NCBI GenBank assembly: GCA_033442325.1
Contig: JAWQFM010000009.1
Location: 730,583-794,582 of the forward strand
Direction of reading: 5' to 3'
DNA from: Salpingoeca rosetta
Taxonomy: Eukaryota; Protista; Choanoflagellata
DNA length: 64,000 bases
Position numbers and translations under genes: made by a program. Positions 1 to 29,221 of this stretch are shown here, piece after piece; within the stretch, counting starts at the first letter, position 1; each line of letters begins with the position of its first letter. The notes under the pieces are model-generated. The model was not told the DNA's origin. It made no database searches and worked only from the letters and a program-made list of their open reading frames with translations.

Positions 1-920
1 CGCATGTCGGTTGTTCGGTGCTCTGCGCAGCCGTCGTCGGAGCGTCCATCTTCACTCTCCGCCTAACAAGTGTGTGTGTGTATGTGTGTGTGCGCGATGC
101 GATGGTTGGAGAAAGAGGGCACAGGTCAACAAGCACAAGCAGTGTTATCCAGACACAAATGTATGCCGCCACATTACACATGCGCGCGCGCGTGTGTGCA
201 TGTGTGTGTGTGCGTGTGTGTGGCCTCACCTGCAAGCGAATAAAGCGCCGAAGCGCCTTCAAGTAGTCGAAAGGAACCGATGTCACCTTCGGGTTGTGTG
301 ACAGCGCGAGCAAGATGGCGTTCCCGTGTCTCCAAATGCTCTTCCACAAGCACTGCTCCTCAGCGCCTGTATTGACGCAAGTACACATGTGAGATTTGGC
401 GAAGAGAGCAGTTGCAGTGCAACCTCAAGCTGCAACGCTTTTGCTTCACGTGATGGAATGTAACGCCACACGCACGCCTCAGTCACCAAGTTTCGCTTCA
501 CACACAAACACATACACACACACATACACACACGCACACACACAAGCACACCCTCTCTCCTCTCCGTGTGCGTTCACCTGGCGTGTTCAAGGAGTGGTGG
601 ATGAAGGTGGGGTGGATCGGCTGGCCCGCCAACTGCTTCTGAATGGCGCTGGTGAAGGCGCGACGCACCTTGGCACCTCCCAGTGCGGGATCGTACAGCA
701 GAACACCCTTGCAGGGATGCTTGGAGCTGCTTCTGACTGCCTTATGCACCTCATCTCGCACCATTCTCGCGATGGCACCCACACCATCGCTGCGTAGCAC
801 ACCAGCCTGCAGCAAACCGGGCACGTTCACCATGCGGCACCCTGCATACTCTGACGCGTGCACTGCCACTGCACCATCGTCATCCCACCCCGCCAGCAGC
901 ACCACAAAAACGTCGCTCAT
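1..920 (-). CDS. Hypothetical spliced protein, 3' part runs off the window start
   Basis: ATG at 920 (MSDVFVVLLAGWDDDG...). Exons 920-578, ~366-230 and ~62-<1 join in frame across GT-AG introns (...HSLNTP|GAEEQCLWKSIWRHG...RFIRLQ|AESEDGRS...). No family recognised. Confidence 0.65.
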
Positions 921-961
921 CGCACTTGTCGTGTACGACAGCATAAATTGCGAGTAACTGT

Positions 962-974
962 CTTGCCTGGCGAC
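962..974 (-). promoter_or_regulatory. RFX X-box-like element upstream of the ciliary gene LRRC6
   Basis: Minus strand reads GTCGCCAGGCAAG, matching GTNRCC-N-RGYAAC at all but the last base. It lies 20 bp upstream of the LRRC6 ATG, in the 74-bp gap between divergent start codons. Confidence 0.5.
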
Positions 975-994
975 GACTGCGCAAACAAGCCAAC

Positions 995-5294
<4,300 letters not shown>

Positions 5295-5798
5295 CACGTG
5301 GCGTGCAGCAACTGTTAGTCTGTTAGTGGCAAGCACAGTGCCGTAATGTCGTTCTCAGCCTGTGACAACCCCCCCCCCTTCCCTTGTGTCACCTCCTAGC
5401 CTTTCCCTTCTTTTTCATGCTCGCCCCTCCCTCCCCTCTCTTTTCTCTCTCGCTGCCAACATTGTACATGACGCTTGCTGTTTGGTAATCGTGAAGAAGA
5501 AAAGGAACCCCAAATCACAACGTGGGCACAGAACGACACTCAACAACACGGGAAAGAGAACATCAACACCAACCAAGCAGCACCACGCCAAGCACACAAC
5601 AACCTGCAACCAAGGAACAAGCATATTCACGCGCGCATTCACTCACACACACACACACTTGCATGGCCACATGCACGCATGTTCACGCAATGACATTGCA
5701 CCCAAACGCAGAAGCACGGCAGATACGGCAAGATATGCGTTGTTGAAAAAAAAAGAGCAACCAGCGAGAGAGAATGAGTTGAAAGTGGGGCTTGCCAG

Positions 5799-7076
5799 TT
5801 ACCTTCCGTACCTGTGGTGAAACGCGAGAGAGATGCATGTGTGTGTGTGTGTGTGTGTGCACGTACGTCGTGTGTGCGCGTGCGTGATGTGTGTGAGGAA
5901 AAGAGTGAAACTGTGCGAGCAGTTCACAAAACAGCAAGCAGACGAGGAACACCACCAGCAGAAGTGCTCGACCAGCCAAACCTACACCCACACACACGCA
6001 TACACACACACACACGCATGCGACTGGACGTACTTTTGAAACTCCCATTCTGTGTTGTCGAGGGGGCACACGTGGCGAGTCTTCAACCACCTCGAAATGC
6101 AGTGAAAGTGGAAAGCATGCTGGTCACACACGTACACAACAAAAAGAGACAAAGAACAGCTCGTGAGCGCTGCAGGTCATGCAGGTGTCATCATCCTCTG
6201 GCACATACATAGACACGAGCACCCACATCTGAAGGAAAAAGCGCGCACACACACGGCACGCGCACACACGGCACACGCACACATACGTTGCAAACGCCCC
6301 AAGCGGCTGTGCAGTCATCGCTGGTTGTTGATGCCTGATTTGCTTGGCATTCAATGCCTGAATCAGCAGTACCACACAAGAGAGTCATGATGTGAGCGCC
6401 ACAGTAAAGCACATGCATATGCATAAACGAGACAACCGCACATGCACGCACGCACGCACGCACGCACGCACAAACACACACACACACACACGCATACACG
6501 CACATGGATCCATGATGTGGTTGCGGCAGATGGCGCAGTTGTCGACCACCATGTCCCATCCCCAGAGCGCAACGGCATTCCACTGTCCATTTGTGATGTA
6601 GGCACCGAGTGAGCGTTGCTATGTGCGGGCTGAAAGACGCTGACGTGTGCCATAACGATGCAGCAGCAGAGCTGTAGGGCAGAGCACAGTTCAACTATCA
6701 CGGCATGTATTGCAATACCTTCTTCACTTCGAAACGGGGCTTCTCGTCGGGCGTGGTCTCCATCTTCTGCATCGATACAAGGACACACCAAGAAGGCGCG
6801 CAAACGGTTGCATGTCAGCATGTTGCGCCACAGCTTCAAAAACCAACACAAACACGGGCATCACTTTACAAGCATAACACGAAAAGTGCCCATCGCAGCT
6901 GCACACACACATACACACAAAACACGCCACGCGACACACAGAGAAGCAACGCGCGCCCAGTGCAAAAGAGGCAGCAGGCACTGTCGACAACACACCTTCC
7001 CCTCCGCTGCCGCGGGCTGCTCCTCAGCAGGCGCAGGCGCAGGCTGTTGTTGTTCTGTGGGCTTGGGATCCGACAT
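5799..7076 (-). CDS. RBX1: RING-box protein 1 (RBX1/ROC1), cullin-RING ligase subunit, 6 exons
   Basis: Spliced product MSDPKPTE...[16 protein letters not shown]|[27 protein letters not shown]|[23 protein letters not shown]|[29 protein letters not shown]|YGR*, closely matching the RBX1 consensus. Confidence 0.97.
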
Positions 7077-7578
7077 GATGTGTGTGTGTTTGTATATGCG
7101 TGTATGTGTGTATGTGTGGTGTTGGGAAGTCGTCGACACGTGTGGACGCAAACGTGCTCCGGCTAGACAGCAAACACGTCCTTGATTCGATCAGCCAGCT
7201 CGCACTGCTTCTGTGTCGTCTTCTGCAGCAACGTTCTCGTTGGGTTGTCGTCCGTTTCCCTTGCTGTGCCTTTGATTGACGAAAGTTGTTGCTGGATATT
7301 GCGATATTTCGTCTGAGCGGGCGGATTCCTCGAAGTTTTATGACAGCTGGCTGGAGCGAGCAGGAACACAAACAAGAGGAGGCGGAAACGAGTGAGTGTG
7401 CGTTGACGTGAGTGTGCGTTGAGTGTGGATGAAGGTGGGGCGCACCAAATCGCAAGCACAACACGAGGAGCAACCAGAGGAGTTGCAAGGCAGCCAGGAC
7501 CGGTGCGGTGGGTGTGGGTGTCAGGGATAGGCGCTGCCTTCTCTTGTCCGCCATCTGCCCCCAACCAACCAGCCAACC

Positions 7579-7717
7579 ATGGCCGAGAATCAGGAGGTGC
7601 AGACCTTCCGGGCCCTCTACAACTTTGAGGCACAAGAGGACGACGAACTGGACTTGCAGGCTGGCGATCTGATTGATGTCTACGTTGTACATGAAGGTGT
7701 GGCTGCGTGTTGGGTGT

Positions 7718-7754
<37 letters not shown>

Positions 7755-8162
7755 TGGTGTGGGTGTGGGTGTGGGTGTGTGTGTGTGGGTGTGGGTGTGG
7801 GTGTGTGGGTGGGTGGGTGGATGGGGGATGTGTGGGATGTGGGATGTGTGTCTGTGTGTCTGTGTGTGTGCATGGCATGGCGCAGCGCAGTGCACCTTTG
7901 CACATCCATTATTATCTGTGTTTGAGGTGTTTGCCATGACTCATAGCGCCGCTGTTTGCTGGTCACAGGTGAATGGGGCACAGGCGTCTCGCGCCGCAAC
8001 TTGAAGGAGGGCGCTTTCCCTTGGAGCTATGTGCAGCCCTATAAGCAAGCTGGCGTGGGCCACAAGTTTGAGCCCATCACAGTTACCGTGCCAACGGTCG
8101 ATTGGCACACGCATGCCTTTATCTGGGGAGCTGGCATGGCTGGCGAGGCCGTCCAATGCACT

Positions 8163-8244
<82 letters not shown>

Positions 8245-8579
8245 CGGGTGTTAAGCAAGTGTCTGTGTGTGAGTGTGTGTGCATGCAGGTGTGAAAGCGG
8301 TTGTGTTGCAATTGTGTTCGCATGGCATGGTGTGCGTGTCCGATTGCGTGAACATGGTCAGTTGTGTGACCCAGCTCACAGCTGGTCTCGCCAATGTGCC
8401 GTGCAGTGTGTGGCTTCACGTGCCACAAGCGGAGCAAGTTCTTTGTGGAGAACAACAGCGCTTCAGAGTGCATTCCCAACCGCAACATTGTGCGCCCGTC
8501 ATCGCGGCCCATCGATGACTGGACTGTGGAGGACGTGCACCTCTTCATGGTCGCGGTGCGTTGCCTCGTGCGTGCGTGC

Positions 8580-8617
<38 letters not shown>

Positions 8618-8646
8618 TTGTGCTTTGTTTGTGCATGTTGCCTCGT

Positions 8647-8682
<36 letters not shown>

Positions 8683-9944
8683 ATGTTGCCTCGTTTGTGT
8701 GTGTGTGTGTGTGGTTTTTTTTTGTGCATGCCGGCTTGTGTGCGCGCGCTTGTTTGCGTCATGTTTTCTTCGTGTATCGGTGTGCCATCTGAGCATGCTA
8801 TGGCCTCTGGGCTGTCACGTACTCACCTCATCCGCCTCCCACCCCACACACACACATACACACCACGTGCACAACCGCACTGCAGACGAAGCTCAATGAC
8901 TACGCGCTGCTGTTTCTGGACAAAGGAGTGACTGGCGGGAAGCTCAAGTCGCTGAACCACAAGAAGCTGCAAAGCCTCGGGGTTGATGATACACCGCACA
9001 GGAAGATGGTGATGGCGTGCATCGAGGAGATTCTGGGGCAGACAACAAACACCGTACGTCTTTTGTTGGTGTTGGTGTTGTTGTTGTGCTTGTCGTGCTT
9101 GTTGCGCTTGATGTGCTTATGGGAGTGCGAAACACTGCGTCTCAAGAGTGGTGGTCGCTTCCCCCCCCCGGGGCTCATTTCGTGCATCTCCAATGTTCCT
9201 TGTTGCCTGCAGGCATCGATGACGTTCCAGCAGCGCTGCCAGCTCTCAAAGACTGAGGAGTTTGACCCCGTGCAGATTATGGACCTCGTCCCGGTGTGTG
9301 TGTGTGTGTGTGTGTGTGTGTGACTTTCGTGTGTGTTTGGAAATTGTTCTGCTTCTTCATCGCGCCGTCGTCAGTGGCGCCACACGCGCGCATGTACATA
9401 CGCGTGCGTATCCTCCCTTTTTGCATTCCCTTCCTCACTCCCTCCCTCACCCCTCACACTACTCTCACGTTGGTACTCGTATGCGCACGTATGCGGGGCA
9501 GATTGAGGATCCACACGACAGCGTTGTTGTTGTGAAGGGCCACCGGTTCAAGCTGAAGAGCTACGCCAACATGACGTGGTGTGACTCAAGCCTCAAGCCC
9601 CTCTTTGGCCTGCAGACACAGGGCCTCCAGTGCACAGGTGCGCAGGCATGCATGCTGCTGCACATAACATGAACTGGCGTCACGCTATTCTGCTGCTTGT
9701 CCTGCTGCTGTAGAGACGTTCGTGACTGATGATCACGCGCCCCGTCGTGCCACATCTCACAACAAACCATATCACACACAACACACGTATACAACACACA
9801 CGCACACACACACACCAAACCAACAGTGTGTGGGTACAATGTGTCACGACAGTACCTGTACCAGGTGCCGTCCTGCCAGCCCGAAATGGCAATCACACAC
9901 TCCCCACTCCCCGCCGGAGCAAGTGCGTCATGCGCTCTGTGTAT

Positions 9945-9981
<37 letters not shown>

Positions 9982-12332
9982 TGTTTGTGTGTGTGTGTGT
10001 GTGTATGTGTCTGTTAGTTTGTTTTTGTGTGTGTGCGTAGCTGCTCCCTTGCCGTCGTTATCACGTTGCAACTTTTGGTCTCATCACCGTCGCTTGCATA
10101 TGTGTGTGTGCAGAGTGCGGGCACATGTTTGGTGTGCCGCTGGAAGGGCAGATGCACACGGGCAAAGAGGTTCCCATTGTCATTGAGAAGTGCATTCAAG
10201 CGCTGGAGAGCGGAAAGGGCCTCAAGACATCGGTACGCCCGCTCGCCCCTGCCCTTGTGTCCGTTTTTTTTGTTCACTCATTCATGTGCACATGTTTGAG
10301 GTTGTGCGTCAATGTGCGTGTGCGTTTCTATTTGGTGTCGACCTCCCTGTCTACCAGCGTGCTTGTTGGCGTTTTCATCCCCATGTTCCATGCCCCGGTT
10401 CCCTACACGCTTCCATTTTTCTGCATCGTCTTCGCCTGGAACTCACACACGACACATCACCATCAATCATCGATCATCATCATCACCACCAGCATCTGTA
10501 TGTTCAGATGGGCAACGTGTCGCGTGTCCGCGTCCTGCAGGCAGAGCTCCTCATGGACCCAAACGTACGTCCCAATGGCATCTCTATCGTGTGTGTGTGT
10601 GTGTGTTATCTGCTGGTGTTCAGCTTGCGATGGTATTAATACGCATTTTCAAACGCCCTCCCCTCCTCTTCCTCCTCCTCCTCCTCCTCCTCCTCCTCCT
10701 CCTCCTCCTCCTCCTCCCTCCTGAGTAGAAGACGCTTGAGGGCCAGGATGCACACGTGGTGGCAACGCTGCTCAAGCGCTACTTTGCCGAGCTGCCAGAG
10801 CCGCTGGTGCCGTTTGCGTGGTACGACCGCTTCATCGCCGCTGCGCTGCTGCCGACGGAGGCCGAGCAGGTGGCTGAGCTCGACCGCCTCGTGCCGCAGC
10901 TCCCGCCCCAGAGGCAGAAGATCATGGAGGTCCTCCTCGCCCACCTCGGCAGGTGCGGCGCCGCTGGTCGTGCTGCGTGTCTGTCTGTGTGTGTCTCTGT
11001 GTCTCTGTGCGTGTCGGGGTGTGTCTGCTTCGGTATGTGTGTGTGTCTGTCTGTGTGTGTGTGTCTGTCTGTCTGTGTGTGTGTGTGTGTCTGTCGGTCG
11101 GTGTGTTATGTTTTGTGTGTACGTTACTTGCTCGCATGTTTGGTAGCTTGCTGTGCCACCACCAACCCCACCCACACCCTGCCACGACACTTGTTTTCGA
11201 TCCCCGCCTGGCTTGTGCACCCAGGGTGCTTGGAAACTACAAGTCGACGAAGGTTGATGCGGAGGCGCTCGGCAAGGCGTGGGGCCACCTGTTCCTCATG
11301 CCTGCACCCCGAGAGATGGGCAAGGCCGCGGTGGAGCACGCCGCACAGTGCAACGCCGTCAAGCTGCTCATTGGCAAGTGCAAGTGCGGTGGGCTGCCCA
11401 CCACGGCCTCGGGCGCTGCGCCACCGCTGCACCCGCGTCGGAAGGCCTCTGTGCGCCGTCCGGCCAGCTCGCTCGTGACCCAGTCAAACTACGAAAACGT
11501 CGTCCTCCCGCGCCAGCCAACAGTGGTGCGTGTGTCTGTGTCTGTGTCTGTCTGTCCGTCTGTGTGTGTGTGTGTGTATGTGTGTGTGTCGCGATGTGTG
11601 TGATGCGACGTGTGCTTGGTGTGCATGACATCCTCACCAATGTACATGACCATGTGTGTTTGTCGTACAGACGAAATCGCCTCGGCCGCCCCCACCGCGC
11701 ACGCCCCGCCCGCGAGTGAACACGGTCTCGCAGAAGGAGCAGGTGATGGACGACGCGTGGTACGCCGGCAACATGGACCGCGCCGCCGCAGAGGCAACGC
11801 TGGCCCCGCTTGCAGGTGTGTGTTTTTGGCGAGGGGATGAGAATGTGTGGCAACGTACGCGCATGTGTGTAAGTGCGTGCGTGTGTGTACGCCCTTGATA
11901 TGACGGATGTGTCTTGACCAAGCCTCACGTGTGTACTGGTGTGACGCTGTGAAAATTGCAGACGGATCGTTCCTCGTTCGCGCGAGCCGAACTCGACGCG
12001 GCTTCACCCTCACCGTCAAATTCCTGTCAGTCGGTCACACCACATACGTACACACACACGCACAAGCACAAGCACAAACATGCATGCACATGCACATGCA
12101 CAAGCACGCGTGCATGTCGATCCAAGCGTGCGGCTTTGTGTGTGCTCACAATTACATGCTTTGGTTGCTTCATTTCTGCGTGCGCGTGTGTGCGTGTGTA
12201 CAGTGAGGTGCGGCATATCGTGATTGTCGAGAGCAAGGGCAAGTTTGGCTTCTCCGAACCAACGACCTTCCCATCTGTTGCGGTATGTCATGTGCTCTTC
12301 TGGTTTGCGCTCTCCGCGCTTGCTGGCACAAT

Positions 12333-12390
<58 letters not shown>

Positions 12391-13482
12391 CGTCTGTCTG
12401 TCTGTCTGTCTGTGTCTGTGTGTGTGTGTGTGCATTGCCGGAAGACTGACGATACATGCATCCTCATCCATTCGCTTGTTGTGTGTGTGTGTGTGTGTGT
12501 GTGCAGGATTTGATTCGCCACTTCCAATCTGTGAGCCTGGCATACTACAACGCGGAGCTGGAAACAACACTGGCCTACCCGTACAAGTAAGTGCTGCTGC
12601 TCTGTGTGGCTGCGCGGACACATACGCGCCCTGTCTCTCTACATGCCTTGTGCTTGCTTCCTCCCTCACAAATGCACACGCACACACGCACGCGCGCGCG
12701 CACACAGGACTGCGCCGCGGGCCGGGGAGAACGACGTTCAGTTTGACGACGAGCTTGCGGATGATGACATCTACGTGAGCAACGTGTATGCGCTGCGGGA
12801 GCGGCTTGCACGGCAGCACCGCGACTTCCGTCATGAGCGCCAGGCCCCGCCCGTCGAGGCATATGAGCAGCCGCCCGAACCCGTTGACAAGGAGGGCCTC
12901 GCACACTTGGACAAGGTCCGCGTCTTATGTGTGTGTCTATGTCCGCGTCTTGTGTGTGTGTCTATGTCCATGTCTGTGTGTGTGTGTGTATGTGTGTGTG
13001 TGTTCGCTTGTACAATGGGTTTTGCTTTGCTTGCGCTCAAACCATCGCCCATGTGTGCTTATTCCCAACAGCAAATGAAAGAGTTGGAGCGGAGTCTGAA
13101 GGCGCAGCAGATGATCTCCAGAATGCTCCGCGAACACTTGCAGGTGCACACCGTCGTCACACATGGCGTGCACGCGCGTTTGTGTGCGCTTGTTTGTTTG
13201 TTTGTTTGTTTGCTTGTTCGTTTGTTTGTTTGTTTGCGTCTGCTGATTCGTTCGCTCGTTCTTTCGCTCTCTCGCTCGCTTCTTGCACTTCTGGCGGCCG
13301 TTTCAGTGTGCCACAACACTTTCCTTGTCTATGCCTTACGTCTCTCGTTTCTTTCATGCGTGTGTGTGCAGCTGAACGAGACAAAGCGGGCGAGCGCGGG
13401 CACGGAGCAGAATGCTGTTGCGCTGGAGACGCACCACGCCAGCATGAAGTCTCTGCTCGATGAATCAGAACGCAAGGAAAAG

Positions 13483-13568
<86 letters not shown>

Positions 13569-14605
13569 CTGCTTGTCTGCCTCTTTACTTGTCTGCCTGT
13601 CTGCCTTGCGTTTCTTCTTGCTTCATCCCGCTCCTCCCATGACTTCAATCGCCTCACCTTCCCCCCCCCCTCTCTCTCTCTCTTCCACAATCTTCGTCTC
13701 CCTCGTCACCATTTCGTTCCAATGGGCATCAGGACATCCTTGCTGATCTTGAGCAGACGGCCAAGGCGAATCAGGCCGCCAGCAACTACGAGGAGGTCAA
13801 GCTCAAGGTCGGGTCGTGTTGTGTGTGTGTGTGTGTGTCTGTGGCTGTGTGTGTCTGTGTGCGTGCGTGTGTGTGTGCGCGCGCGTGTGTGTCTGCGTGC
13901 GTGTGTCTGCGCGTGTGTGTGTGCGTTCGTCCTCAGTCCAGCATGTGATCCCTAATAGTTTTGTTTGGCTTTGTTGTCGACGCCAGCATTGAACTTAAGC
14001 TCACAGCCATATGTGTGTGTTCCCATTAGAAGCGTGAGGAGGCGGCGCCTGCTCGTCCACCGCCGGCCGCTGCTCCCCAGCAGTCCGGTCTCGCCATGTA
14101 CTACCTCGGCCAGATCAGCCGCACAGACGCAAAGGTGTGTGTGTGTGTGTCTACGTGTGTGCGTCTATGTGTGTCTGTGTGTGTGTGTGTGTGTGTGTGT
14201 CTGCGTGTGTCTGTGTGTGTCTGGTGCCTGCGGTCCTCACCGCCCATTTCCTCGCCACCATGTGTTGTGCGTGCGTTGCAGCGCTACTTGGCAGGGCAGC
14301 CTGTGGGAACCTTCCTCGTCCGCAAGAGTGGGCGCGGTCACCCTTACACCATGGATGTTGTGTACGTTGCGCTCTCCATGCCTCTGTGTGTGTTTGTGTG
14401 CACGTGTGTGTGTGTGTGTGCGTGTGTTTGTGCGCATGTGTGTGTGTGTGTTGCCAATGTTGCTTGCGCTTGTGACCTGCCAACGAGTCACCATTGGTGC
14501 GTTGCGTTCCCTAGGTATGACGGTGAGGTGAAGCACATCCCCGTGCTGTATGATGGCGTCCTCTACGGCCTCGCGAAACCCCTCTCCTTCGACAGCGTCG
14601 AGGTG

Positions 14606-14636
<31 letters not shown>

Positions 14637-14834
14637 TTATTGCCCTCCTTTGTGCTCGCCCACAAGAATGGATGCCAATGCTTGTGCCTCGCTCCTTCGC
14701 GTCACCTCACGCACTGCGCCGCTGCTGTCACATCCTGCCAGGCGCTGGTGAAATTTTACCGCAAAGTGCCGCTCTCCGACAGCATCAACACCATCCTCAC
14801 CGGCGCAATCAAGGAGAGAACCACCATCCCATGA
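7579..14834 (+). CDS. PI3-kinase class IA regulatory subunit (p85)-like protein: SH3-C1-SAM-C1-RhoGAP-SH2-coiled coil-SH2, more than 20 exons
   Basis: SH3 ([20 protein letters not shown]...EGAFPWSYV); C1-like (HKF...CTVCGFTCH); SAM ([10 protein letters not shown]...[21 protein letters not shown]); second C1-like ([11 protein letters not shown]); RhoGAP ([15 protein letters not shown]...[16 protein letters not shown]); SH2 (WYAGNMDR...GSFLVRAS); coiled-coil linker; SH2 (YYLGQISR...GTFLVRKS). Stop TGA at 14832-14834. Confidence 0.85.
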
Positions 14835-14943
14835 TCACATTCCCTTGTACATGTGTGTGTGTGTGTTTGCTGTCCTTGCTTTGGTTGGTTGACGTCTGTG
14901 CTGTTTCTTCTGTGTTTCTGTACACTTTGTCCATGGTGAACGT

Positions 14944-14974
<31 letters not shown>

Positions 14975-15341
14975 TCGCCCTCCTTTTGCGTGTTTGCTTC
15001 TTTCTCCCCTGTTGCTTCGTGTCTGATGTGCATGATTGCTTTTTGAGGGTCGTTTTCGTGTATGCGAGATGGATACAAACCGCAATTGCCAAAGCAGTGC
15101 AGTTCATTTTATCGCCGTGCAGCTTGTCGCTGACAATGGAGGCAGGGGGTTAGTGGCGCTTGCCACAGCACACACACGCACACAATGAACACAACCACAA
15201 AAAAACTAGTGGCTGCGCCTCAAGAGACAGACAAAGGAAGCCAAGGATTGGCAGGGGCGAAGGGATTGTTGTTGAAGGGGCAGAGGGCTCGCACTTAGGC
15301 ACTTGTGTGGAGCCGCATGCAGTGTGGGCTAGTGGGTTTGT

Positions 15342-16066
15342 TTACATGGCACGAACAGCACGGCGAACGGTGGGCACAAAGGCGCCTTTGCCGAGGCCAA
15401 AGCCGTTGTACACGACGTTGTTGCCCGAGGTGACGAATGGTGTGTCATCCCCGTCAGCGCTGTGGCAGCAGGCGGCGTAGATGTAGCCTTTGCCGCCTTT
15501 CTTCCCCACGCCTTCGCTTATGGCGTTCATGATGTCGCCGCGGTGCAGGTACATGTCACGGCCGTCGCTTAGTCTGGTGAGGATGTTCACACGCAGAAGA
15601 GGCAAGACGGCGTGTGAGGTGGGGTGTTGAAGAGGCAGGGGTGGTGTGTGTGGGTGTGTGTGAGTGTTTGTGTGTGTGTTCGTGTGTGTGTGTGCGTGTG
15701 TGGATGTGTGTGGATGTGTTGTCGAAGCAAACAGAGCGCATTCACCACCACAGTACCCCAAACACAAGCAGATGAATCCACTTACTGGACGCCATCGGGG
15801 CGAACCCTGCAGCCGTGGCAGACGATGAGCACGCGAACGCCCTTGCCCTGGTTGGCCTCGGCCACGGCGTTCTTGAGGGCCGCGAGCGCGCCATATGGCT
15901 TGTAGTAGTTTGCAACCACCGCCGATGGGCTGGGCTTGTGGTAGCGGGTGAGCGCGTTGCGCACCACCCACAGCTTCCGCTCCACGCTGTAGTTGCGGTT
16001 TCCAATGCGCCTCAGTGGATAGAACACCACCACGGGGAGGCCGCTGTCTTCCTGCTTCGGTGCCAT
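15342..16066 (-). CDS. Small (170 aa) putative clan CD / caspase-hemoglobinase-fold cysteine peptidase, 2 exons
   Basis: Exons 16066-15786 and 15573-15342 (GTAAGT...CAG intron) total 513 nt in frame. Contains VRVLIVCHG and, about 46 aa later, GYIYAACCHS, resembling the His-Gly and Cys dyad motifs of caspases/metacaspases. The gene model is solid; the family call is tentative. Confidence 0.6.
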
Positions 16067-16781
16067 GCTCGCCTGTTGGTGTTGCTTCTTGCTTGCTCGC
16101 TTCTTGGTGTGCCTACTGCTCTTTCTTGAAGTGGGTCCAGTTGGCTGGTCGGTCGATGAGTGCGAAGCTGGTGTGGATGCTCTGGCAGGTAGGCAGGCTT
16201 GTGGTGTTTGTGTCGAGGGAGCAGAAGAAATGTTCCTCGCAGCTCGCTCACACCGCACACTCACACACACACACTCACGCACGCACGCTCATCGCGGCGC
16301 AACAGCTCCTAACACCCGCACAGCCGGGAATAAAGGACACCCCGACTGGCTGAAGAGAGCCAAGGCGAGGAGTGGGCGAGGTTGATGTTTCTCATGCATG
16401 AAGCTTGGTGTCATGAGCAATCAACAGCACCTGTGAACCATTCGAACGAAAAAAAAAAAATTGCGTGCATGCACGCGATTTGAATTTTGCGCGGCAGAGC
16501 TTGTTGCTGTTGTTTGTGTTTGGCGCGCCCGGTTTGAGAAAGCCAAAGAGACACATTTCCGTCCACCAAGCACCACAAGCAACCAGCCAGCAGTCTCCTT
16601 ACTGTTTCTCTGTTTGTTGTATCACCCCAAGCACCACGACAGCGACAACGCCAGCGCCAGCGCACGCAGAGCACACGGGCCACCAATACAGTCACAGGGC
16701 AGCAGTGCAGTGCACGCCAGGCAGCAGTCGCACAGGGACTGCTTGATCGGCTACTCACATCAACACGCTCGGTGGCTGACC

Positions 16782-28815
<12,034 letters not shown>

Positions 28816-28888
28816 CCCGTGTTTGATATTTTCCTTCCCTCGTTGATTGCTGTTGCATTTCTCTGGGCCGTGTTGAGTGCTGTGGTTG

Positions 28889-29161
28889 TTACTGTCGCAA
28901 CTCTTCGCATGGTTTAGCAACACGTGCTGTCAATGCCTGTGTGCGTGCTCGAGAGCGAATAGAAACAAAGAACGTCACATGTGACGGGAAGGAAGCAACA
29001 ACGTATTCAGGGAAAGGGCGCGCAACACGACCACTTGCGGTGGGAGCACAGCATGCCTGGAAACGCCCGCTCGCACTCGCCCAGTGCACCAGTGAGGCCT
29101 GAACACATGCAGTACAATGCCATGCGTTGTTGGTGAGAGACACTCGACAACTTTGGTGCTG

Positions 29162-29221
<60 letters not shown>

